Shown here piece by piece: positions 39,632 through 49,589 of a stretch of DNA of 64,000 nucleotides (position 1 is the stretch's first letter; each line of letters starts with the position of its first letter). Origin of the DNA: Nitrosopumilus sp. GTDB taxonomy: Archaea; Thermoproteota; Nitrososphaeria; Nitrososphaerales; Nitrosopumilaceae. The notes under the pieces are model-generated. The model made no database searches. It was not told the origin of the DNA and saw only the letters and a program-made list of their open reading frames with translations. The DNA is taken from NCBI GenBank assembly GCA_965203315.1, contig OZ241857.1:608001-672000 (forward strand). Reading direction: 5' to 3'. A program made the translations under genes and the position numbers.

Positions 39632-40608
39632 TCTTTACAAGTGGCACAATTAAAACACCTCTCACCAAAGGTAAATCCCACGTATATTTCTGTATCACAC
39701 TCTTTTACAACCATCATTACTCCATACCAGACATTCATGTATATCATACTTGTTACATGCTTTTGTATTTTCAGTTCTTCCAAATTACATACAACACTAT
39801 AACGCTAGTCATCATACTAGATCTTGAATGACTCGTTACAGTCTTGACATTTCATTTTAATCGTATATCCTCACCTTCAAACTCGTCAAACCAATTCCCT
39901 TTGATACTCAAGAGGTGTCCACAATTCATACAGAATATTACGTTTAGATTAGATGTAAGACATGCTTTGTTTAGTTTTTTGCAACAAGTCATACTTTCTA
40001 GATTCCTTTCAAATCAGCTAGTTCTTTGGCTTTACGCTCTTTTGAGATAATCGAGTATTCTAGTTGTTACTAGAATTGGTACATATCTACACATGCGAGA
40101 ATGACTCCAATTGTGAAACAACTCCGCCAACTGTATTCTATGCAACTCTATGCGATCAATTCTTGTTGTTTGATCCACTTGGAACGCTTTGGGTCTACTG
40201 CCACCGTGATCTTGCAGAATCTGCAGTAATGTCGTCTCATATGGTGATTACCTCTCCTGGTCATGCGGGTTAGACATTCTGGACATCTCATTCTTTAACA
40301 CCTTTTAAAATTATACGTGTCTAGACCAAAAATAGTGTATGATACAAGTTTGTTCATGTACTGTTCTGTGATTCTTTTCTCGTAACATGGACATTGCATG
40401 AATAATCCATAAATTAACCATAAATTAACCATCAATCAATTTTTTCTGTATGTTTGTTGTATTATTCACAACAGCAATTTCCAACACAACATCATTCCTT
40501 CTTTAAACAATAACCCATTATACTTTCAACTCTTTGTAATCGGAGTAAACACTTGTAACATACCCAGATATCAAGGTAGTGTCTCTCCTTTATTGCAAAC
40601 ACTAGATC

Positions 40609-41424
40609 TCATCTTTTTCTCTTCTTTTCTTTGAGGTCTTGGATCAACTCGCTCGCTTTACTGACATTGAGGGGCATATCTCCAGTATAACCCAATACCT
40701 TTAGGTACTTTATCTGTCGCACTGTTGGACTGGTACAGTTGGAGTGAGTGTTTACTGGTTTTTGGTCGCTTGTGTTTGATGTACTGGCATCAGATTGACT
40801 CTTTATGTTGGTTTGTAATCTATCATTGTTTTGTACACCAGTATTCTCTGGTGTACAAGTATCGTCTGTTGAGACATTTCCGGCAGTTGTACTCGAATCG
40901 GTACTGGGAATTGTACTAGATGAAGAAGCATCATCTCCAATATGTTTTACCTGTTGTTCTGTACAGTCTTTGATCATGTTGTCTATCTCTATTACGGGTA
41001 TGATCTGTCGCATTGCATTTCGCATCGCCTTTCCGTGTGCTTTGGTTCTACCAAATTCATCATAGTCCGTGCATACATACTGACCTGTCTCTTTATCAAA
41101 GCGATATTTCAAGAATGGTGACTCTGATACTCCTATAGTTACTGCACCTGTTCCAGCGTTCTTGACCTTTGCAGTTGAGTACCATATCCACTGCGATTTA
41201 TCATCGGGATCATGTTTTACTAGTTTTGTATCGGCAAATATTGCTTCGAGTGATTGACCATTTTCTGCCATCCTTTGAGCAATCCACTGTATACCTGTGT
41301 AGGAGAGTTCTTTGTTGCCTTGCTTGTTTACATACACTAGAGCTTGAATCAACTCTTTTGATGCATGTACGATCTGATAGTCATCCTCTTGTTCGTACGT
41401 CTCGATATCTGTATCTGGTACCAT
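40609..41424 (-). CDS. Single-strand annealing recombinase-like protein (Rad52/Sak/ERF-type)
   Basis: LSYTGI...AKVKN..TG...IGVSE...RTKAHGKAMRNAMR core, S/T-rich linker, and a C-terminal PTVRQIKYL..LG...ASELI module as seen on phage SSAPs. Confidence 0.65.
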   Translation of the reverse strand: MVPDTDIETYEQEDDYQIVHASKELIQALVYVNKQGNKELSYTGIQWIAQRMAENGQSLEAIFADTKLVKHDPDDKSQWIWYSTAKVKNAGTGAVTIGVSESPFLKYRFDKETGQYVCTDYDEFGRTKAHGKAMRNAMRQIIPVIEIDNMIKDCTEQQVKHIGDDASSSSTIPSTDSSTTAGNVSTDDTCTPENTGVQNNDRLQTNIKSQSDASTSNTSDQKPVNTHSNCTSPTVRQIKYLKVLGYTGDMPLNVSKASELIQDLKEKKRKR

Positions 41425-41457
41425 GCTAGTATATCTCCAATACTGCGTTAAGAGATA

Positions 41458-41973
41458 TCATTTCAGTAATTCTTGTTCAAACTTGACGCTGTTCTCTCTG
41501 ATGAGTCGATAGAACTCTCGTTCTTCTATGGCTAGTTTATTGATCAACTCGGCATTGAGATTGGTAGAGTCTGCAATCTTTACTAGTTTGCCGCGCCTCT
41601 TTCTAAACAGTTCTAACAACATACCTTCGACTTTATCATAGTCATATCGATCTAGCGTACTCGCTGCATCTTTGAGTTTGATGTAAAAGTGTAGGTCCAG
41701 AGTTGCCAGATTATACTCACCAATCATCTTTTCTTTGGACAGTGCCTGTTTGAGGGCCGATATCACACTGGATTTATCATATATGACCAAATTTTGTTGA
41801 GCAAGGACATCTGCAATCCATCTGGGAAGAGATACTAGCTCGCCCTCTTTACCAGATATCTTTGTTTCTTGTATCTGTATACGTATATCTCGTTTGAACG
41901 TGACCTTGATACAGTCTAGCTGATGACCTATTGTGTACAGTCTCGACATATCACTCATTTTGCCAAGTGACAA
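41458..41973 (-). CDS. gins23: DNA replication complex GINS subunit (GINS23 type)
   Basis: Beta domain first (G.EGELVSLPRWIA.VL), then a helical domain (L.KE...LD.HFYI...R.R.GKLV...LAIEEREFY). Confidence 0.88.
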   Translation of the reverse strand: MSLGKMSDMSRLYTIGHQLDCIKVTFKRDIRIQIQETKISGKEGELVSLPRWIADVLAQQNLVIYDKSSVISALKQALSKEKMIGEYNLATLDLHFYIKLKDAASTLDRYDYDKVEGMLLELFRKRRGKLVKIADSTNLNAELINKLAIEEREFYRLIRENSVKFEQELLK

Positions 41974-42004
41974 GTATTGATATCTAGATACATTGTACGG
42001 TAAG

Positions 42005-42475
42005 TCAAGAGAGCTCTTTCTTGATCCGCTCTGATTCTATAAACTTTACAAACGGCTCCATGTTATACTGGACTAGTGTCTTATTTACTGGATTGCCGAT
42101 ATAGTTCAACACCATATCCCGATATCTCTTGCGTGTACATGCCGATGATGTATGTACGTAATGTTTTATAGTATTATTCAATAACATGGGAGTCACAAAA
42201 GGGTATGATGGAAGTCTCTCCAACGCATCACTGATCCTCCTCAACTGTGCTAGTGTATTTTTATACAGTGGTTTACTAGGAGACTCTTGTATCGATACAT
42301 GTGACATCATGTACATCTCTAATGCATATTCAAGTTCTCTGCCATACACATTCTTGATTGTACCATACCTTGAGAGAAGAAAGTTGTGCCATTTTTCTTT
42401 AATCTCTGCGGATATCTTGGTCGATATGCGACCAGTACGGCGTTCTGGTTTATGACTATTCTTTGTTTCTGTCAT
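42005..42475 (-). CDS. Hypothetical DNA-binding protein (ribbon-helix-helix-like N-terminus)
   Basis: RISTKISAEIKEKW...YG...VYGRELEYALEMYM pattern. Lies between MCM and GINS. Confidence 0.5.
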   Translation of the reverse strand: MTETKNSHKPERRTGRISTKISAEIKEKWHNFLLSRYGTIKNVYGRELEYALEMYMMSHVSIQESPSKPLYKNTLAQLRRISDALERLPSYPFVTPMLLNNTIKHYVHTSSACTRKRYRDMVLNYIGNPVNKTLVQYNMEPFVKFIESERIKKELS

Positions 42476-42559
42476 GATTTATTGTATGTAATCTATATCT
42501 CCTGTTGGATACAGTATGCAGAGTACATATTGATAACATGTTATGGTAATGACTGAAAA

Positions 42560-42852
42560 TGAAAACACATAACATTTGACGAATGTTGTCCATATGCATC
42601 CAGACATAAAATTCTAGGCACGAGATCCACATCTGTATAGTTTTTTGATGTATTTTTTTATTCAATTTGTGTATAAATGTGGAATGTCTGTATCGTTATA
42701 TGGTTTCTGACGTCAGCTGACGTTATTCTTGGATATTTCCTGAAACAGTTCATTTTTGGTTGGTCTTTTGGGCATTTTTGTTCAGAACCACGCCTAGAGA
42801 TTCTCATCTCGGAATGTTTTTTCGTCCGTGTGTCAAATGTCATATGTTTTCA
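42560..42852. other. Inverted 21-bp repeat pair flanking an AT-rich stretch and a central palindrome; candidate replication origin
   Basis: tgaaaacacataacatttgac (42560-42580) matches the reverse complement of 42832-42852 at 19/21 positions. Palindrome acgtcagctgacgt at 42710-42723. Immediately downstream of MCM. Confidence 0.4.
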
Positions 42853-42935
42853 AAAGTTTTTGCCATTCTTTTGTACATCTGGATGATAATACGATGTTAC
42901 TCAATTTGTACATAAACATAAACTGCTTATGTACT

Positions 42936-45089
42936 TTATACAGAAGCAAATTTGCCCGGCGATGTCTCGTAGAGTAGGTTCTCTTGAAACATTTTGTGCA
43001 AGAAATCTCGTGCAGTATCATCATCCCACTTTGTGCTCTTGATCATCTCGCTTATGATCTCTTGTTCTGATACACCGTCAGAGAACTGTGGCGCAATGCC
43101 TTGCATGATATCACGGAATAGATTCATTCTAGATACCATACTTGCAGGTTTGCCACGTTGTACTCCAAAGTCAACCTTGCCCGTGTTTACGTCTACTCCG
43201 CTGGTCTTTAACATCTCGTCTAGTATGTGGATGGCACGCTCTGCGTCATGTATGTCAGCAGTATCTTTTAGCAGAAATTTTGCCCTGGCAATGGTCAGTC
43301 GAACTAGTCCTTCTAGTTGTCGTACTGTTATGGTGAATCCAGACTCGGCATCCTCTGCACGTCTCATGTTTAGATAGTACTGTATGATCTTTGATTCAGC
43401 TGATCTAGATATCTTGGGTTTGAGGCGTTTTGCAATACGCAGATACTTTGCAAAGTCATCTATGTCTATGGGTGTGTGTATTCGATCATGCTCTAATCTA
43501 TGTGACGACATTACATGTTTGGCAATCTTTGTGTCTCGTTCTATAGATGGTATATCACGTACGACAAATATCATGTCAAATCTAGTCAATAGTGGTACAG
43601 GTATAGACGTTACATTCTCTGTTAGATTTCTATATGGATCATACTTGCCGTATGTAGGATTTGCGATTGCAACTACTGACGTTCTCGTGTTCAGACTAGC
43701 TGTTATTCCTGCTTTGGATATACTGGCTTGTTGTTGTTCCATTACCTCATGGAGTGCTGCTCTATCTTTGGTCTCCATTTTATCAAATTCGTCTATTATG
43801 ACCAACCCTTGATCAGCGAGAGCAGTAATACCAGGGTCTAGCATCCATGTTTGAGTTACCTTGTCTTGTACTACTGCTGCAGTCAGACCAGCTGCAGATG
43901 AACCTCGACCTGATGTGTAAAATGATCTTGGTGCAACTCGGTATGTTGCTTTACCCATCTCACTTTTCGCAGTACCTGGGTCACCTAGAATGAATATGTT
44001 GATATCGCCACGAATTCTAGTACCGTCTGATAGTATGTGAGGATTAGCTCCAATCATCGTCAATATCAGAGCCTCTTTGATGAGTGTATGTCCTTGGATG
44101 TGACTAGCAAAAGAGGATATTATCATGTTTGTAGCGTTTGTCTCGTTGTTATTTTTTATCATCTTGCTTATTCGCTCTTTGTCATCACTTGTTATCTCGC
44201 CACCAAAGTCATTCTCGTTGGATAACCGTCGTATGTGGTTTGCGTATAGTCTATGTCTGTATGTTTGAACAGGCACTCCTAACTTTATCTCCTTTGACAT
44301 CTCTGGACGAATCATACCTGATATCTCTACTGTATCTCCCATACGCGCAGTATCCACTAGATCACCTGCTACGAATACACCCAAAGTTTTAGGTAGTTTT
44401 CCAGCTGGTAGTTCATTTGGTAGTTCTTGCAACTGTAGTATCTGATAATCGACAAAGGTAGACTCTTTTGGATTTAACTCAAACTTGCGACTCTTGCATC
44501 TGTCGTTTTCACATATTACTGGTACAGACATGGTATAGTTCTTGTCTGCTTGAATACTAAACACATGACCTTCCTCACATCTGTATACAGCCTTGACGGG
44601 TATGGCCTCGATTGCACTCATGCGGATCAGCATCGCTTTTATCGTCACGAACTGACCAGAATTGTCGCTGTTTATCTCACGAACTCCAAGTATATTTGGA
44701 TAGTTCGACATACGTACAGATATCTTGTCACGTATATCATCAGCATAGTCAGGAAATCGTTGTCGTAATATTTCGTATACTGCTCTTGCAGCTGCTGTAA
44801 GAAAGATGTCCGAGTCTTGCTGAAACACATATGCGATATCATCATCTAGAGCAAAGTCCATGTAATTCATCGTCAATGATGTCTTGTTAGCAGATGGCAT
44901 CAAATCTATCGCATTAACGTATACGTATTCTCCACCTAGCTTGTAATTCTGCATGAACTGTTTTATCACATCTGCTAGTCCAGATTTGGTATAGTCTATA
45001 CTGGTATCCGATTTGATACTAGATTTGATACTAGTATCTTTCACACTAGTATCTTTCACACTAGTATCCTTCACACTAGTGTCTTTCAT
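42936..45089 (-). CDS. mcm: MCM replicative helicase
   Basis: Zn finger (C.EGH...CEN.RC), GDPGTAKS Walker A, IDEFDKM Walker B, LLTRFD arginine finger, ITVRQLE sensor 2, C-terminal wHTH. N-terminal (KDTSV)n repeat. Confidence 0.97.
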   Translation of the reverse strand: MKDTSVKDTSVKDTSVKDTSIKSSIKSDTSIDYTKSGLADVIKQFMQNYKLGGEYVYVNAIDLMPSANKTSLTMNYMDFALDDDIAYVFQQDSDIFLTAAARAVYEILRQRFPDYADDIRDKISVRMSNYPNILGVREINSDNSGQFVTIKAMLIRMSAIEAIPVKAVYRCEEGHVFSIQADKNYTMSVPVICENDRCKSRKFELNPKESTFVDYQILQLQELPNELPAGKLPKTLGVFVAGDLVDTARMGDTVEISGMIRPEMSKEIKLGVPVQTYRHRLYANHIRRLSNENDFGGEITSDDKERISKMIKNNNETNATNMIISSFASHIQGHTLIKEALILTMIGANPHILSDGTRIRGDINIFILGDPGTAKSEMGKATYRVAPRSFYTSGRGSSAAGLTAAVVQDKVTQTWMLDPGITALADQGLVIIDEFDKMETKDRAALHEVMEQQQASISKAGITASLNTRTSVVAIANPTYGKYDPYRNLTENVTSIPVPLLTRFDMIFVVRDIPSIERDTKIAKHVMSSHRLEHDRIHTPIDIDDFAKYLRIAKRLKPKISRSAESKIIQYYLNMRRAEDAESGFTITVRQLEGLVRLTIARAKFLLKDTADIHDAERAIHILDEMLKTSGVDVNTGKVDFGVQRGKPASMVSRMNLFRDIMQGIAPQFSDGVSEQEIISEMIKSTKWDDDTARDFLHKMFQENLLYETSPGKFASV
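45027..45086 (-). repeat. In-frame 15-bp tandem repeat encoding KDTSV/KDTSI x4 at the MCM N-terminus
   Basis: cacactagtatcttt units read directly. Confidence 0.92.
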
Positions 45090-45891
45090 ACTCTTTGTAT
45101 CGTTTCACAAAGTTACGTAATGCCATGGTTGTTACACCAGCTGCACTAGATATTGTATCTTGTTTGATAGATTTACGACATACAAGGTAAATTATTCCAG
45201 CAGCACATACACCAGGATGTGATATTACACCAAAAGGACAGCTAGCCAGTATGTCAAACATCTTGTTTCGTGTTTTGTATGATATGTCAAGAATATTACA
45301 TGCCTTGTTGATTCGAATCTTTATGTTGTTACGGATATCATATGTTATGTTCCATCTCTGTAACATGTATCGATATACTCTACGCGTAGATCTCTTGTTT
45401 ACATTTGCTTGGTCCATTATCTCTGTCTCTTTTATGACTCGACCATGTCTCTTGCATGCAATCATTACACATGCTACAGATACTTGATCGAGACGTCTTC
45501 CGTGTGTGAGTCCCTCACGGATTGCACGTCTTGCAAGGACTTTGGCTTCAGTCGCGATGAGCGTGGTTGCGCCTAACCTACCTAGTAGAGCGTCTAACAA
45601 TTTGTATGTCTTGACGAATCTCCTATCGATGCCTTGAACTTGTAAAGAGTTTGAGATAGTTTTATCACCTATCTTTGTAATTGGTTCACTACCTAGTCCA
45701 TTACCAAGTATTATATCACTAGTTTGTATGACAGAGTCACTTACATCTGATTCGACCATTCTAGACTCGATTATTACGCCGCATTTGCTGCACAATATCT
45801 CGCCTTGTTTTATGTCAGATATCAGCTGGGGCGTATTACAGTAACAGTATCGTTTCATTTTACACAAGAGTGTAGATGACCGTTTCTGCAC
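45076..45891 (-). CDS. tfb: TFIIB/TFB-like transcription initiation factor paralog
   Basis: CYC...D...GEILCSKCGVII Zn ribbon and two cyclin repeats (GLTHGR...VACVMIACK; P.VCAAGIIY...Q..IS.AAGVT..ALRN). Overlaps the mcm start. Confidence 0.85.
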   Translation of the reverse strand: MQKRSSTLLCKMKRYCYCNTPQLISDIKQGEILCSKCGVIIESRMVESDVSDSVIQTSDIILGNGLGSEPITKIGDKTISNSLQVQGIDRRFVKTYKLLDALLGRLGATTLIATEAKVLARRAIREGLTHGRRLDQVSVACVMIACKRHGRVIKETEIMDQANVNKRSTRRVYRYMLQRWNITYDIRNNIKIRINKACNILDISYKTRNKMFDILASCPFGVISHPGVCAAGIIYLVCRKSIKQDTISSAAGVTTMALRNFVKRYKEYERH

Positions 45892-45989
45892 ATGTGTGAT
45901 ATTCTAGTCATGGTGTATTCGCGTTGGTTTTTGTTTATGTGTAATGTTTCAGGCATGTATGATTGCATGATAATGACGACCGACTAGTT

Positions 45990-46439
45990 TCATCTCTTGT
46001 TGTCAAATAACATCTGCATATTAGATGTTTGAGAATTGTGGTTTTCAGTCTGTTTGTGGTTACGTTTAGGATCGTACTTTTGGTTGTATATGCCAGCACT
46101 AGCTAGTCTGATCAATGTAGATGATGATGCTGTACCTGTGAGTTTACCAATCTTGTCCTCTCTTTGTACAAGATCCCAGTGAAGTTTTGTGCGTCCACTC
46201 TTTGATCTGTAGAATATATCCAAGACGCCTTTTGCAGATATTATTGTGTACTCTGGTGTTTCAGATATTGTACACTTGTCTATTGCTCGAACGTGTATCA
46301 ATGATTTGGATTCGCGTTCTAAAAATATTGTAGTATCTTTAATGTATATTTCGGGAATGTCATCGTATATAGACAAAAGAAACCTACGAAATACATCCAG
46401 AGATATCATGATAGTGATCTTGGTTTGAACTCTCTTCAT
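45990..46439 (-). CDS. Hypothetical protein
   Basis: ATG-initiated ORF co-oriented and upstream of tfb. No recognised motif. Confidence 0.55.
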   Translation of the reverse strand: MKRVQTKITIMISLDVFRRFLLSIYDDIPEIYIKDTTIFLERESKSLIHVRAIDKCTISETPEYTIISAKGVLDIFYRSKSGRTKLHWDLVQREDKIGKLTGTASSSTLIRLASAGIYNQKYDPKRNHKQTENHNSQTSNMQMLFDNKR

Positions 46440-46475
46440 GTGTAAAACCCTCGATCAGAACTTTGTATAGGATGT

Positions 46476-46549
46476 GTATATGGCGTATGGTATATGGCGT
46501 ATGGTATATGGCGTATGGTATATAGCGTATGGTATATGGTATATGGTAT
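46476..46549. repeat. Tandem repeat, 14-bp unit gtatatggcgtatg x4, then gtatatg x2
   Basis: Read directly, one mismatch in the fourth unit. Intergenic, upstream of the tfb-mcm genes. Confidence 0.93.
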
Positions 46550-46588
46550 CACCATGTTGGATCACATTGCCCGTGTAATCTAGATTAT

Positions 46589-46888
46589 TCAAATTTTCAT
46601 ATTGGAAGAAAATCCTCGGCATAGACGGACGAACAACCTCATAATTCCGAGATTGCGTACCAGTATGTTCGCCCGCATGTAATATGCTTTGAACTTGCTG
46701 ATCTTCTTTGAAATCTGTGTGATACAAGCGACGCTGCAGGATTGACCTGGCAGAGCCCGTACCTTGTACCTCGCAAATCTATCACAGGTATTACCTGCCA
46801 GTTCTGATGAAAAGGTACCATACGGTTGGTCTAGACCAACTTGCCCCTCGATATGGTACGATCGATTAGTGAGATGTTTGGTACACAT
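46589..46888 (-). CDS. Hypothetical protein (99 aa)
   Basis: ATG at 46888 overlaps the upstream stop (TAATG) and follows a GGAGG motif. Confidence 0.5.
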   Translation of the reverse strand: MCTKHLTNRSYHIEGQVGLDQPYGTFSSELAGNTCDRFARYKVRALPGQSCSVACITQISKKISKFKAYYMRANILVRNLGIMRLFVRLCRGFSSNMKI

Positions 46889-47280
46889 TATTGGTGCACC
46901 TCCAATAGTTTGACTACATTGTCTTGGATTGTAATCTGCTTGTTTAAGATCATCTGTGGTAGAATACAAGCTAGTACCTGCGATGTACATTCTATAGCAA
47001 ATGTCTCGTATAGTGCATCTAGTGTAATTTTTTGAGTATTGTCGTATGTCAATAGAGTGAATATCATGCGTTGTAGCGATGTCTTTAACTCTCGGTCTAG
47101 TCGCTCTTGAATGTCTGCAGTCTCGAGTTGATATTGTTGTACCTTTTCAGATATTGCGGTACACTTGGACATCTTTATGCATACTTTGCATCGAGTTGAA
47201 CCAAACTGTGTATGTGGTTTGTATGTGTAAATGTCATCACCGATCTTTGCTGTACCACAGATACTGTCTAGTCCAATATA

Positions 47281-48561
47281 TACCAAAGTGCAAAAGTATT
47301 TTCCACGATTTGACAATAAATTACTCTAACCGAAACCTTTATCGATCAGATGTTTTTCTGTATTTGTAATGGGCACACACTTTCAAGGATTAATGGAAGC
47401 GTTTCAAAAAGAAAAAGATGATACCAGTTTCTCAAAAAGAGCGTTGGCGGTAATACTAGTCAAAGTTAAAAAAATACCTATAGACGAAGTAGCAGAAATA
47501 TTTGGTTGTGTACCAAAAACGATAAGGAACTGGTTAAATCGATACAAGGAAAGAGGCATCAATGGCTTGAGAGATCGTCCAAAAACAGGTAGACCAAGAA
47601 AGATTTCCAAGTTGCAAATTTTAGCAATAGTTTTGCACATGCCCCAAAAACACCCAATCATCATAAAACGAATTATCTATGATCTAACAAAAATCGAGTA
47701 TTCTGTGTGGAGCATTAGAAGAGTATTACGTGAATTGAAGCTTACCCGAAAGAAGCCCAAGCCATATTACATAAATCGAGCTAGTGCAGAAGACACTCAA
47801 ATATTTCAAGATAGAGTACTTTTAAAAATACAAAAAGCAAAAAGAAAAGGCATACCAGTATTTGTTTGTGACGAAGTCCAAGCCAATTATGACGACAATT
47901 GTAACTATATGGTATGGGAGTTTAAATGGAAAGATGCACGTGTTCCATACGTAAACCAATATGAAAGTGTCAGATACTTTGGAGCTCTTGATTCAGACGG
48001 CAATCTATTTACAATACAATATGAGGATAATTTTACAGCAGATATGTTTAGGATATGTTTGAACATGCTTTACGACAAATGCGGTAAATTTATGATAATA
48101 GCAGATGGAGCTAAAGCACATACTGCAAATAATGTCAAAGAGTTTTGTGAAAAGAAAGGAATAGACCTAGAAATTCTTCCTGCTGGACGTCCAGAACTCA
48201 ATGCAATAGAGACAATATGGTACATGGGGAAAAAGGAACACGTAAATGGCAAGTTTTATCCAGATCGTAGAGAATTAGTGTCAAAACTCAATGAATTTTT
48301 TAGTCAAAAATTCGATATTGACCTAGTAAAATACTTGAAAAGAAAGGTTGATGACTAGTAAACAGTCGCAAATCGATCATAATATGGATATACAAGACAA
48401 TTGCATGAACTTTAATAATTACAATCTCATCTTTCGTTTAAATTAACTAACTCTTTATCAATTTCTTAGTTAAGTAATAGACAAACAGAGTGGCTTGGAA
48501 ACAAAATTTAGACCAATACGTTTTGGGACACAGTTTTGGAAAATACTTTTGCACTTTGGTA
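47281..48561 (+). mobile_element. IS630-family insertion sequence, 1281 bp
   Basis: Perfect 25-bp TIR taccaaagtgcaaaagtattttcca / tggaaaatacttttgcactttggta, with TA duplication. Confidence 0.95.
47369..48358 (+). CDS. IS630-family transposase
   Basis: HTH (TIRNWLNRY...GL.DRPKTGRP), catalytic CDE, ADGAKAH, PELNAIE.IW. Confidence 0.95.
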   Translation: MGTHFQGLMEAFQKEKDDTSFSKRALAVILVKVKKIPIDEVAEIFGCVPKTIRNWLNRYKERGINGLRDRPKTGRPRKISKLQILAIVLHMPQKHPIIIKRIIYDLTKIEYSVWSIRRVLRELKLTRKKPKPYYINRASAEDTQIFQDRVLLKIQKAKRKGIPVFVCDEVQANYDDNCNYMVWEFKWKDARVPYVNQYESVRYFGALDSDGNLFTIQYEDNFTADMFRICLNMLYDKCGKFMIIADGAKAHTANNVKEFCEKKGIDLEILPAGRPELNAIETIWYMGKKEHVNGKFYPDRRELVSKLNEFFSQKFDIDLVKYLKRKVDD

Positions 48562-48610
48562 TAGTAATGTGTATCTAGTATATTGTCATCTTGTACACGA
48601 GATATCCAGT

Positions 48611-48922
48611 TCATTGTACAGCCACCTCACAATCTAGACAACGACTTCTACCATACAGATACACATACTCTTGACCCGTAAGATATCCTGCTTGGTACAC
48701 CTGTGCTAGTATGTCATGTGTTGGACCATCTGATATCTCTGCTACGAGTTGTTTTATCTGCTGTAATGATATTTGTACAAAGTCTGCATCTATTGGTTCT
48801 CTGCCATAAATGTAATAGTCTCTCTCGTCTGATATGAAACGAGTCAACTCTGAAATACACTGACCACTAGGGAGACGAGATATCATCTCTAGATCATTTG
48901 TAGATATCTTTATAGACATCAT
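48611..48922 (-). CDS. Hypothetical protein
   Basis: Start and stop codons overlap the neighbouring genes on both sides. Confidence 0.6.
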   Translation of the reverse strand: MMSIKISTNDLEMISRLPSGQCISELTRFISDERDYYIYGREPIDADFVQISLQQIKQLVAEISDGPTHDILAQVYQAGYLTGQEYVYLYGRSRCLDCEVAVQ

Positions 48923-49095
48923 GTATAGTCCTCCACAGTTAGATTACACGTGGGCCGTTCAGATTTTTTCATAGACTCTAGTATCTGTTGTATTTTAGGT
49001 AAAGTGTGATCATCTTTACGAGATGTGATGCGTAAATATTCATGAATACGTACTAGCTCGTGATACTCTAACGATATTGTGTGTACTCTAGTCAA
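48919..49095 (-). CDS. Small hypothetical protein (58 aa, below the ORF-track cutoff)
   Basis: MTRVHTISLEYHELVRIHEYLR... exactly fills the gap, with TTGA and ATGA overlaps at its two ends. Confidence 0.6.
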   Translation of the reverse strand: MTRVHTISLEYHELVRIHEYLRITSRKDDHTLPKIQQILESMKKSERPTCNLTVEDYT

Positions 49096-49589
49096 AGAAA
49101 CTCCTCCCGAAATAATGCAGTATTGCCTTTGATGTTGCTACTTTGTATGTCCGAGTGTGCTGCAAGGTGTTCCATAGGATCATCCAGAGTCATTCCACAT
49201 ACACATGTAACAAGAACACGTGTGTTGGAGTGGTGTCGTTTACATCCGCCCGTTGCCATAACATCTCTTTGACATTGTAGACATTCCATCTCGATATCTT
49301 TTAGAAACGATTCACAAGTCTGAGATAGATCGTAGACATTGCTCTGTTCATTAAAGAGATATTTTATGCAGACTAGGACCTCTAGATTTTTTCTGTATAC
49401 TGTTTGTAGAGATCTCTTGCCGTTACTAACACATGTGATTTTATCAGCCGTACCGCCAATCTCTTCAATACTCTCTTCAGATCTGTCTCGGTTTGGTTTT
49501 ATTACTGGGATATATCCTAGACTTTTATACATTATTCTATACAACTTTGGGTTGTTGCAGTATTGATGGATCACTTTTTGTTCGCTCAT
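49092..49589 (-). CDS. Hypothetical protein with C-terminal Cys/His zinc-binding cluster
   Basis: CLQC...C..HH...CVCG...HLAAH. Confidence 0.6.
   Translation of the reverse strand: MSEQKVIHQYCNNPKLYRIMYKSLGYIPVIKPNRDRSEESIEEIGGTADKITCVSNGKRSLQTVYRKNLEVLVCIKYLFNEQSNVYDLSQTCESFLKDIEMECLQCQRDVMATGGCKRHHSNTRVLVTCVCGMTLDDPMEHLAAHSDIQSSNIKGNTALFREEFL

Larger units (their letters stand above)
46888..48614 (-). pseudogene. Hypothetical gene (147 aa) split by IS630
   Basis: Removing the IS plus TA rejoins MNWISRVQDDNILDTHY-YIGLDSICG in frame (444 bp). The start overlaps the upstream stop (ATGA). Confidence 0.8.

Noticed and set aside
39740-39855. MKCQDC frame interrupted by two TAG codons, suggesting stop-codon recoding
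   Set aside because: Many well-supported genes here end in TAG at expected positions. Decay under the CTAG bias explains it more simply.
46888-47316. ORF-track start MSNRGKYFCTLV
   Set aside because: These residues derive from the IS630 terminal repeat.
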